Shown here: piece by piece, positions 40,909-48,634 of the stretch | How the letters are laid out: each line of letters starts with the position of its first letter | How positions within the stretch are numbered: the stretch's first letter is position 1 | Origin: an uncultured Verrucomicrobiae bacterium | Lineage (GTDB): Bacteria > Verrucomicrobiota > Verrucomicrobiia > Chthoniobacterales > JAATET01 | Assembly (NCBI GenBank): GCA_963719495.1 | Contig: CAVRCI010000013.1 | Coordinates: forward strand, 192,001 to 256,000 | Direction of reading: 5' to 3' | DNA length: 64,000 nt | Notes under the pieces: model-generated | Told to the model about the DNA's origin: nothing | What the model saw: only the letters and a program-made list of their open reading frames with translations | Databases searched by the model: none | Position numbers and translations under genes: made by a program

Positions 40909-41406
40909 ATGAACCTCAATAAACTCGCATCCAGCCCCACTCCGGAACCCGCACCCATGGGTGGCTCCGGCAAGAACGTTCTCGCCAACGACGTCGAGAT
41001 CAAGGGCACCATCAAATTCGACAACGAACTCATCTGCGACGGTAAAGTCGAAGGCGAGATTCTCTCCGACGGCGTCCTCGTCATCGGCAAGAACGCCGTG
41101 GTTCGCGGCGAAGTCATGACCAAGGCCGTCACCGTTCACGGCACCGTCCTCGGCAACATCACCGTCACCGAGAAGGCCGAGCTCAAAGCCAGCTCGCAGC
41201 TCACCGGCGACCTCACCGCCTCCCGCATCGTCATCGAGGAAGGTGCCACCTTCGTCGGCAAATCCGAAGTCACTCCGAACAAAAATTCGAGCCGCCCCGC
41301 ACCGACCAAGCCAGCGGACTCCCCGCCGTCCTCCGATTCGAAATCCGGTTCCCCGAACCAACCCGCCTCGCAGCCGGACCGGGCCAAGGAAGTCGCCAAC
41401 GCCTAA
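40909..41406 (+). CDS. bactofilin (polymer-forming cytoskeletal protein)
   Basis: VEIKGTIKF..L..DGKVEGEI...IG..AVVRGEV...V.G.V.GNI...IEEGATFVG beta-helix; disordered tail. Confidence 0.92.
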   Translation: MNLNKLASSPTPEPAPMGGSGKNVLANDVEIKGTIKFDNELICDGKVEGEILSDGVLVIGKNAVVRGEVMTKAVTVHGTVLGNITVTEKAELKASSQLTGDLTASRIVIEEGATFVGKSEVTPNKNSSRPAPTKPADSPPSSDSKSGSPNQPASQPDRAKEVANA

Positions 41407-41455
41407 CCGGCGTCTGACCACCGCTCCGCGCTCCGCCAGCGCCGGGATTTGACCA

Positions 41456-42241
41456 ATGTTTGGCGCAATCCGAAAAATTCCGACCACGTGCCCGCACTGC
41501 GGATTCGTTCAAAACGAACCCGCGGCGCTCCTCTCCACGTTCTGCCGGAGCTGCGGCGACCACTACTCGACCACCGCCGCGCCGCCGAACCCGGCCGCCA
41601 TCCCGGTCACCATCCCCGCGGCCCTCAGGGCTCAGACGAGAACTGTCGACTGCGCCGGTTGCGGCCTCGACCACACCGTCTCCGCCCAAATCCACTCGTC
41701 ACGCTGCCCCACCTGCGGCACCGAGACCCACCTCTCCGACGTTCACATCACCAGCCACTTCGCCCGCCCGGTCGACACCCGTGGCACGATCCACGTCGCC
41801 CGCACCGGTTACCTCAATGCCCCCCACACCCGCTGCGCGAACGCCCGCATCGAGGGCCAATTTTCCGGACGCATCGACTGCGCCGGCACCCTGCGTATCC
41901 GAGGCGAAGGCATCTGCCGCGCCCGCATCGAGACCCGCACCCTCATCATCGACCGCGGGAGCGACTTCCGCTTCGCCTTCCCCATCCGGGCCGACGAAAT
42001 CCTCATCCGCGGCCACGTCGAAGCCGACATTTTCTGCCCCGGCACCATCCGCGTCGGCCGCTACGGCTGGCTCGACGGCGACGTCCACACCCGCTCCCTC
42101 ATCGTCGACAAAGGCGGCGCCTACGAAGGCTCCGTCGAGGTCGCCACCACGATCATCGACAACTACCCCCGGGCCGGCGCCATCCGCCCACCGGAAATCA
42201 AAGTCCTCCCCGCCTGGCAATCCATCTTCGCCACCGCGTAG
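41456..42241 (+). CDS. zinc-ribbon + bactofilin-like domain protein
   Basis: CPHC..CRSC and CAGC..CPTC pairs, then a bactofilin-like pattern (IEGQFSGRI, IRGHVEADI, LDGDV, VDKGGAYEG). Confidence 0.75.
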   Translation: MFGAIRKIPTTCPHCGFVQNEPAALLSTFCRSCGDHYSTTAAPPNPAAIPVTIPAALRAQTRTVDCAGCGLDHTVSAQIHSSRCPTCGTETHLSDVHITSHFARPVDTRGTIHVARTGYLNAPHTRCANARIEGQFSGRIDCAGTLRIRGEGICRARIETRTLIIDRGSDFRFAFPIRADEILIRGHVEADIFCPGTIRVGRYGWLDGDVHTRSLIVDKGGAYEGSVEVATTIIDNYPRAGAIRPPEIKVLPAWQSIFATA

Positions 42242-42247
42242 GAAGTT

Positions 42248-42325
42248 GGGGAGCGCACGCGTCCCCGCGTGCGAGCGACGGCGTCCCGCCGAAGCACCCG
42301 GCAAGTCGAGCGAAGCGAGAGAGCC
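42248..42325 (+). repeat. dispersed double-hairpin repeat, copy 1 of 3
   Basis: Shares GGGAGCGC..GCGTCC..GCG and GGCAARTCGAGCGAAGCGAGAGAGCC with 54841-54918 and 60553-60629. Confidence 0.85.
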
Positions 42326-42343
42326 AAACGCATCCAACAAGAC

Positions 42344-42442
42344 TGTCATGTTGAGCGAAGCGAAACATCTCTGGCTGACACTCATTCACAGCGCGAACTA
42401 CGGAGTGTAAGTCAGAGATTCTTCACTTCGTTCAGAATGACA
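42344..42442. repeat. TGTCA-ended imperfect palindromic REP-like element
   Basis: TGTCATGTTGAGCGAAGCGAAACATCTCTGGCTGACACTC inverted against GAGTGTAAGTCAGAGATTCTTCACTTCGTTCAGAATGACA; related element at 57839-58013. Confidence 0.8.
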
Positions 42443-42548
42443 AAATGGGTTCCCACCGGGGGTCTCCGCTCCGCTCCGGCCTCCAGCCCGTGGCGTCGGG
42501 CTTCCAGCCCAACGCCACCAACCCAAACGCGAAGCGTCCAACTACTAA

Positions 42549-43238
42549 CTACTCAGCATCGTCCGCTGCGGAAGGCGCCCTCATCCCAGCCGGAGTCGCC
42601 ATCGCCTCCAGCTCTCGGAAGACCGGCTCCGCACTCTGCGCCGCCACCGACCGGGGATACTGATCCGCCAGTCGCTGATACGTCTTCAAAGCCTCGTTGC
42701 GATCCCCTTCCGCCAGCAACAGCTCCGCTTTGAACAACATCGCCACCGGAGCCGCGAACGAATCCCCGGTCACGTCCACCACCGATTGGAGTTCGCCTTC
42801 CGCGTCGCCCGACTTCCCGACCAGCGCCAGATTCTCCGCCAACGCCACCTTCGCCAGTGGTGCGAATGGATGGCCCGGCTGCGCCTCCACGAATTTCGTC
42901 AGCGTCGCATTCGCTGCCTCGAGATCATCCGCATCCCGCTGCATCAGCGCCAGCAGCATCGCCGCGTTCCCGGCGACCACCTTGCCGCCGCGCTCGTCGA
43001 TCACCGCCCGCAATTCCTCCGCCGTCTTCGCGTTCGCAAACGCCGTCTCAGCCGCAATCCGAGCTGATCGCGCGACCGCGAACCAACTCGCCGCCACCAC
43101 GAGCACCACCAACAACGCAATCGCGCCGATGATCAGCCGCCCCTTGTGCTTCGCCCAGAAAACCTCGAAATCGTCGAGGTTCGAGTCGTAAATCGGTTCA
43201 TCCGTCGCTTCGGACGGAAGGTTAGTTTGGTTTGCCAT
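42549..43238 (-). CDS. membrane-anchored TPR protein (YfgM-like)
   Basis: FWAKHK + TM followed by TPR helices ending YPRS. Confidence 0.7.
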   Translation of the reverse strand: MANQTNLPSEATDEPIYDSNLDDFEVFWAKHKGRLIIGAIALLVVLVVAASWFAVARSARIAAETAFANAKTAEELRAVIDERGGKVVAGNAAMLLALMQRDADDLEAANATLTKFVEAQPGHPFAPLAKVALAENLALVGKSGDAEGELQSVVDVTGDSFAAPVAMLFKAELLLAEGDRNEALKTYQRLADQYPRSVAAQSAEPVFRELEAMATPAGMRAPSAADDAE

Positions 43239-43249
43239 GATAAAGAATC

Positions 43250-44215
43250 CTACGCCGACACCGCCGCCCGCGCCTCGTCGGCCAGCGGCGTGCTCAGGTA
43301 GCGCTCGCCCGTCGAGCAGGCCACCGTGACGATGAGCTTGCCGGCATTCTCGGGCCGCTTCGCCAGTTCGACCGCCGCGTGCACGTTCGCCCCTGAGCTG
43401 ATCCCGCCGAGGATTCCCTCCTCCTTGGCCAGCCGCCGCGCCATCGCGAAGGCGTCGTCGTTCGAAACTTGAAAAACCTCATCCACCACGTCGAGGTGAA
43501 GGTTGTTCGGCACGAACCCCGCGCCGGCACCCTGAATCTTGTGCGGCCCCGGCTTGAGCGGTTCGCCCGCCCGCGTCTGCGTGATCACCGGCGATGCGTC
43601 CGGCTCGACCACCACGACCTGGAAGCCCGGCTTGCGCGACTTGAGCACCTCGCCCACGCCCGTCGCCGTCCCGCCCGTCCCGACCGCCGCGACGAAGATG
43701 TCGATCCCGCCGTCCGTGTCGTCCCACAGCTCCTCGGCCGTCGTTTTCTGGTGAATCGCCGGGTTCGCCGGGTTGTTGAACTGCTGCGGCATCCACGAGT
43801 TCGGCGTCTCCTCCACGATGGCCTCGGCGCGCGCGATCGCCCCCTTCATGCCCTCCGGCCCCGGCGTCAGCACGAGTTTCGCCCCCAGCATCGCCAGCAG
43901 AGTCCGCCGCTCGACGCTCATCGTCTCCGGCATCGTCAGGATCAATTTATAGCCCCTCGCCGCCGCCACGAAGGCCAGAGCAATCCCGGTATTCCCACTC
44001 GTCGGCTCGACGATCGTCGTCTCGGCGTCGATCAACCCCCGCTCCTCGGCGTCCTGGATCATCGCCATACCGATCCGGTCCTTCACGCTGCCCAACGGAT
44101 TGAAAAATTCGCACTTCACGGCGATCGTCGCCGGCAGTCCCTTCGTGATGCGGTTCAGTCGAACGAGCGGCGTGCAGCCCACCGTTTCGACGATGTCGTT
44201 GTAGATTTTACCCAT
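43250..44215 (-). CDS. cysK: cysteine synthase A
   Basis: [11 protein letters not shown] (PLP Lys), [29 protein letters not shown]. Confidence 0.97.
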   Translation of the reverse strand: MGKIYNDIVETVGCTPLVRLNRITKGLPATIAVKCEFFNPLGSVKDRIGMAMIQDAEERGLIDAETTIVEPTSGNTGIALAFVAAARGYKLILTMPETMSVERRTLLAMLGAKLVLTPGPEGMKGAIARAEAIVEETPNSWMPQQFNNPANPAIHQKTTAEELWDDTDGGIDIFVAAVGTGGTATGVGEVLKSRKPGFQVVVVEPDASPVITQTRAGEPLKPGPHKIQGAGAGFVPNNLHLDVVDEVFQVSNDDAFAMARRLAKEEGILGGISSGANVHAAVELAKRPENAGKLIVTVACSTGERYLSTPLADEARAAVSA

Positions 44216-44292
44216 GGAGATCGCCCTTGTGAGGAAGTGGGAAGCTACCCAAGGCCCCTTGTCAGCGCAAAAGAATTCTCCTAACCTGACCC

Positions 44293-44571
44293 ATGGCCAC
44301 TCTCCTCACCGATTCCCAGATCTCCGACCACCTCGCCACCCTCACCGATTGGAAACTCGAGGAAAAATCCATCACGCAGACCTTTGAATTCAAGAGCTTC
44401 ACGACCGCCATGGAGTTCGTCAACGAAGTCGCCGACCTCGCCGAAGACGCCAATCACCACCCCGACATCGACATCCGCTGGAACAAGGTCACCCTCACCC
44501 TCTCGACCCACAGCGACGGCGGCCTCACCAAAGCCGACACCGACCTCGCCGCGCAAATCGACGACCTGTAA
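44293..44571 (+). CDS. pterin-4-alpha-carbinolamine dehydratase
   Basis: [21 protein letters not shown] motif. Confidence 0.93.
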   Translation: MATLLTDSQISDHLATLTDWKLEEKSITQTFEFKSFTTAMEFVNEVADLAEDANHHPDIDIRWNKVTLTLSTHSDGGLTKADTDLAAQIDDL

Positions 44572-44711
44572 CGCCAGCATCCCGCTGGCAGGATCCCAGC
44601 GAGCGAAGCGCCCGCGCCACGACGAGCCCCTCGTCCCGGACTTGACGCCCACCCCGCGTGCGCTACGTATTCCCAAAGCGGGCCATCCCCGCCATCGATC
44701 TTTTTCACCAA

Positions 44712-44788
44712 TCCGTCGGCCTAGGAAAGCAAGGGTGGAAGTCCCTCACTGTCGCGCAAAGGTCATAGTCCGGTTTCGAACCGACGGA
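44712..44788 (+). ncRNA. cobalamin riboswitch, short (AdoCbl-variant / class II-like)
   Basis: Closing stem TCCGTCGG/CCGACGGA; AGGAAAG junction; AGGG-TGGAAGT-CCCT T-loop stem; ACTGTCGCGCAA.GGT; AGTCCG B12-box-like segment; lies in the 5' leader of an operon. Confidence 0.8.
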
Positions 44789-44913
44789 GAAAACCGCACC
44801 GCCCTGCGATGGGCAACGGCGCCGCGTAAGCGTCCGTGCGGGGGGAGTCCTTTCTGATTTTTCGGGGGAAAGGCTGTCCTAACACATCCCCGTGTCTCAA
44901 ATCAGAAAAACTC

Positions 44914-45609
44914 ATGATAAAGTCACTTCTTCGGAAGCTCCTCGTCGCGTCGACCCTTGCCGCCGCCGCACTCACCACGTCCCTTCAATCGGCCCCGATC
45001 ACGGGATTCGACGACATCCAACTCTGGTATGGCACCGGCACCAACCGCGCCGGCTTAGTTATCGACTGGAACGACGGCAAATCCTCCAACAGCCTCGCGT
45101 GGGGCTTTCGCTGGAACGGCACCGCCACCGGCGAGGACATGTTCACCGCCGTCGCCGGAGCCATCGCCACATTCGCCAGCGGCACTCCGGCACCCCCACC
45201 TTCCCCCGACGGTTTGGGCGACCCAAGTCTCGCGCTCTACCAGCGCCAGTTCTCGTCCGGAAATTCCGTCGACCGCATCACCTTCGATCTCAACGGCAAC
45301 GGTGCGCTGGACGCGGGTGACAACGACCAGAACAGCGATGGGTTCATGAATGGGTTTTGGAGCTATTGGAACGACGAAGGCACCGGCGACTACCCGACAA
45401 GCTGGACGGACGCACCAGTCGGTTTCTCGGACCGCGACCTCGTAAACGGAAGCTGGGACGCCTGGAGCTACGTTCCAGATTTCGACGGAATCCCACCCCG
45501 CGCCGCCATCGCGGCGGTCCCTGAACCCAGATCCATCTGGCTCCTGATCACCGCCGTCAGCACAGCCATCGTAATCGCCGTCACCCGCCACCGCCGTGCA
45601 AAACTCTGA
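44914..45609 (+). CDS. PEP-CTERM surface protein, candidate cobalamin-binding
   Basis: Signal peptide; Trp-rich body (IDWNDG, LAWGFRWNG, FWSYW, GSWDAWSY); AVPEPRS + TM + RHRR. Confidence 0.85.
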   Translation: MIKSLLRKLLVASTLAAAALTTSLQSAPITGFDDIQLWYGTGTNRAGLVIDWNDGKSSNSLAWGFRWNGTATGEDMFTAVAGAIATFASGTPAPPPSPDGLGDPSLALYQRQFSSGNSVDRITFDLNGNGALDAGDNDQNSDGFMNGFWSYWNDEGTGDYPTSWTDAPVGFSDRDLVNGSWDAWSYVPDFDGIPPRAAIAAVPEPRSIWLLITAVSTAIVIAVTRHRRAKL

Positions 45610-46385
45610 TGCGGCCGCATCGAAGTTTTGCAAGGTTTGGGGGTTTTCGTGCGTTCACGCTGATCGAGATTTTGGTGACCCTCGCGGTGGTAGTTGCTCT
45701 CGCGGCGCTCACTACCCAAGTCGCGCGCGCCGTCTACCTGCGATCTTCGCTGGCCGTGTCAGCGGCCAACATTCGGGCCCTGTCCGTGGGCGCGGCGCAA
45801 TACCTGGCCGAGAATAACCATCGCTTCTGGAAATTTCGCGAAGACTCCTCCGACGGGACAACTTGGTGGTGGGGGTTCGAGACAACAGCCAGTCGGGCTC
45901 GCCCGGAAGGTGATCGCACCTACGATCCAAGTCGCGGACCCCTCCGCGAATTCATCCCCGCAGGCACTCGTCCGGACCCCAGCTTCGCGTTGAGCGGCTC
46001 GGCGTTTAAACCAAAGTTCCAAAGTGGCTACGTCGGTGCCGGCTACAACGTCCTCCTCTGCGGCGGATTCGCCGGCACCCGGACCAATCCCCTCGCCGGT
46101 CGAAGCTACTGGGAACTCAGCGACCCTTCGAAAGTCGTCGTCTTCACCACCTCCGCTCAGGTCTACCCCTTCGGTTCCGCCAGCAAACCCCGGATCGAGG
46201 AGTTTTACGGCATCGACCAACGCGAGACGACCGTCCACTTCCGGCACGGAGGATCGGCCATGGTCGCCTACGCCAGCGGCGCCAGCGGCTTCCTCCCGCC
46301 CGACGAATCCACCCTCGACAAACGGGCACCCGAAGCGAAAATCGGTCGCTTCGCACCCGTCGGCAGCCGAAAATACCTGGAATGA
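45609..46385 (+). CDS. prepilin-type N-terminal cleavage/methylation domain protein with H-X9-DG-like C-terminus
   Basis: RAFTLIEILVTLAVVVAL; HFRHGGSAMVAYASG (H-X9-SG); TGATG overlap with the upstream gene. Confidence 0.85.
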   Translation: MRPHRSFARFGGFRAFTLIEILVTLAVVVALAALTTQVARAVYLRSSLAVSAANIRALSVGAAQYLAENNHRFWKFREDSSDGTTWWWGFETTASRARPEGDRTYDPSRGPLREFIPAGTRPDPSFALSGSAFKPKFQSGYVGAGYNVLLCGGFAGTRTNPLAGRSYWELSDPSKVVVFTTSAQVYPFGSASKPRIEEFYGIDQRETTVHFRHGGSAMVAYASGASGFLPPDESTLDKRAPEAKIGRFAPVGSRKYLE

Positions 46386-46978
46386 AAACACCATCCGCCC
46401 GCCTCACCACCCCGATTCTCGCCCTCGCGCTCGGCCTTCTCCTCGTCGGAGCCTTCTTCCGCGTCATCCGACTCGAAGCCCTCCCCGCCCTCCCGAATTT
46501 CGCCCCCCTCATGGCCATCGCCCTCTGCGGTGCCCTCGTCCTCCCCGGTGCCGTCGCCATCCTCGTCCCGCTCACCGCCCTGATCGTCTCGGACGTCCTC
46601 CTCAACTTCCACTACGGCTACCCCGCCGTCGGCTCCGACGAGCTGCTCCGCTACGCCATTTACGGCATCGGCATCGCCTCCGGCATCGCCCTCCGCGGCC
46701 GCCGCGCCCCGATGATCTTTGGTGCCGTTGCCGCAAACTCGTTCCTCTTCTACCTCGTCTCGAACACCGCGTCCTGGTTCGGCAACTTCGGCTACGCGCA
46801 GACCGCCGCCGGCTGGGTTCAAGCCCTCACCGTCGGCCTCCCCGGATTCCCGCCCACCTGGGTCTTCTTCCGCAACTCCCTCGCCAGCGACCTCCTCTTC
46901 GCGGGCATCTTCCTCGGAGCGCTCGCCCTCGTGCGCCAGTCTCGCCAGACGCAATCGCCTCAGCTGGCAAAAGTTTAA
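46382..46978 (+). CDS. DUF6580-like putative transporter (ECF S-component-like, about 6 TM)
   Basis: LPNFAPLMAIAL.G, PL.AL.VSD, SFLFYLVSN..SW, Y.QT.AG....TVGLP.F, FRNSLASDLLF; ATGA overlap. Confidence 0.75.
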   Translation: MKTPSARLTTPILALALGLLLVGAFFRVIRLEALPALPNFAPLMAIALCGALVLPGAVAILVPLTALIVSDVLLNFHYGYPAVGSDELLRYAIYGIGIASGIALRGRRAPMIFGAVAANSFLFYLVSNTASWFGNFGYAQTAAGWVQALTVGLPGFPPTWVFFRNSLASDLLFAGIFLGALALVRQSRQTQSPQLAKV

Positions 46979-48111
46979 CTCTTCGCCGCGGAGTAGAGTT
47001 CTTCCAAAGAACTCAACAAAGCCGCCTCGGAGAATGCTTCCCGAACCGTCGCGGCACCCGCCCGCGCAACCCGCTCGAATAACGCCGGATCGCCCACCAG
47101 CCGCTCGACGGCCCGCGCCAGACCCGCCGCATCTCGCTCATCGACGAGCAGCCCATTTTCGCCGTCGATAACCACCTCAGGAATTCCCCCGTGCTGCGTC
47201 GCCACAACCGGCAGACCGCTCGCCATCGCTTCCAGCAGCGAATTCGGCACCCCCTCGGAGTCCCCCGCCGCCCCCTCACTCGGATGAATGAAAACGTGCG
47301 CCCGAGCCATGATCTCCTGCAAGCGCCCCTGATCCACGAAGCCCGCAAAATCCACGCGATCCGCCACCCCAAGGTCCTCCGCCAGAGCCCTCAACTCCCC
47401 CTCCATCGGTCCCGATCCGACGATCGCCAGTTCCGCGTTCGGCAAATCCATCCGCGCAAACGACCTCAGCGTGGTCGCCAGTCCCTTTTTCGCAATCAGC
47501 CGCGACGCCTGCACCAGCCGAATCCCACCGTCGTCCGGCAGCCACCGCTCGACGAACTCGACCTCTGGCACCACCGTCCGCACCACCCGCACTTTCCCGC
47601 GCGGACAACCCATCGCCACCAACCGCTCGACCAAAGCCTCCGACCGGCAAGCCACCCACGCCGCCCGCGCGAACAACTCCGCCCGGGCCGCCGCGTAACC
47701 CTCCGAGGCAATCGCCCCCGTCACGTCCGCCCCGTGAAACGACACGACGAACGGGATCGGCAGCCGCCGCAGCAGCGGCAGCAAATGCACCGCCACATTG
47801 CCAAAGAAAACGTGCAGCACGTCGACCGATTCCTCCCGCAACAGGTTCAGCACCGCGTCGCCCTCCCTTCCGCTAAGCTGCCACGGATGCCCGGTGAGAT
47901 ACCGCTCCACCGCCCGACCCCAGAACCGGAACGCCGTCCGCCGAACGAGGTGCAACCGCTCCGTCGGAAAAACGTCCGCGTTCTCGATCTTCTGAGCGAT
48001 CACGATCGGCCGAAAAATCGCCGAAGCCACAATCTGCCGCCACACGTGGTGCATTTCCGGCTTGAGATACGTCGCGCAGAAAAACGCGACCCGCGGCGGC
48101 CTAGAAATCAA
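46975..48111 (-). CDS. GT4-family glycosyltransferase (WcaL-like)
   Basis: VSFHGADV, SRLIAKKG, GDSEGVPNSLLEAMASGLPVVATQHGGIPE; TTG start inferred. Confidence 0.9.
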   Translation of the reverse strand: MISRPPRVAFFCATYLKPEMHHVWRQIVASAIFRPIVIAQKIENADVFPTERLHLVRRTAFRFWGRAVERYLTGHPWQLSGREGDAVLNLLREESVDVLHVFFGNVAVHLLPLLRRLPIPFVVSFHGADVTGAIASEGYAAARAELFARAAWVACRSEALVERLVAMGCPRGKVRVVRTVVPEVEFVERWLPDDGGIRLVQASRLIAKKGLATTLRSFARMDLPNAELAIVGSGPMEGELRALAEDLGVADRVDFAGFVDQGRLQEIMARAHVFIHPSEGAAGDSEGVPNSLLEAMASGLPVVATQHGGIPEVVIDGENGLLVDERDAAGLARAVERLVGDPALFERVARAGAATVREAFSEAALLSSLEELYSAAKS

Positions 48112-48412
48112 GCGCGAACAGGATAAACCCGCGAGGCTTACCGGGCTGCTCCGGATTCTCCGAGACCGTGCCATTCGTCCGTCCGTTCCCCGCCGACTTC
48201 GGAGCCGCCGGATTCACCAATTGCCACGGGCGGGTCTCGTTGAAGATTTTCGCAACGATCCCACCCACCGCCGGATCCGGTGCCACCGTGATCTGCTCGG
48301 TCGCTGGCTGAACCGGAATCTCCTCCTCCCCCTGAAAAACCACGAACTCCTGCCCCCAACTCCCAAACGAAGCAAACATCCCAAAAGCCAAAGCCAGCAA
48401 AAGCGTCTTCAT
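48101..48412 (-). CDS. small secreted hypothetical protein
   Basis: Signal peptide MKTLLLALAF; PWQLVNPAAP..GNG; C-terminal Phe. Confidence 0.65.
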   Translation of the reverse strand: MKTLLLALAFGMFASFGSWGQEFVVFQGEEEIPVQPATEQITVAPDPAVGGIVAKIFNETRPWQLVNPAAPKSAGNGRTNGTVSENPEQPGKPRGFILFALDF

Positions 48413-48634
48413 AGCAAATGAGTAACCGTCAAGGAGCGGCGATTTGCAATCGCCGAACCAAGCAAACCGGCGAAGCCGGCAACAAAAACGAGGCAACCCG
48501 CGCCAGCGGGAGCCGCCCGCATCCCCTTCCCGCATCCTTCGCTACCTTCTGTTCAAAAGCTGCATCTGCATTCGATCGCTCAGGGTTGACTCGCTCGCCC
48601 CCGGTCGCCCGTCGAGTCAGCCAGCCGCCAGCGG

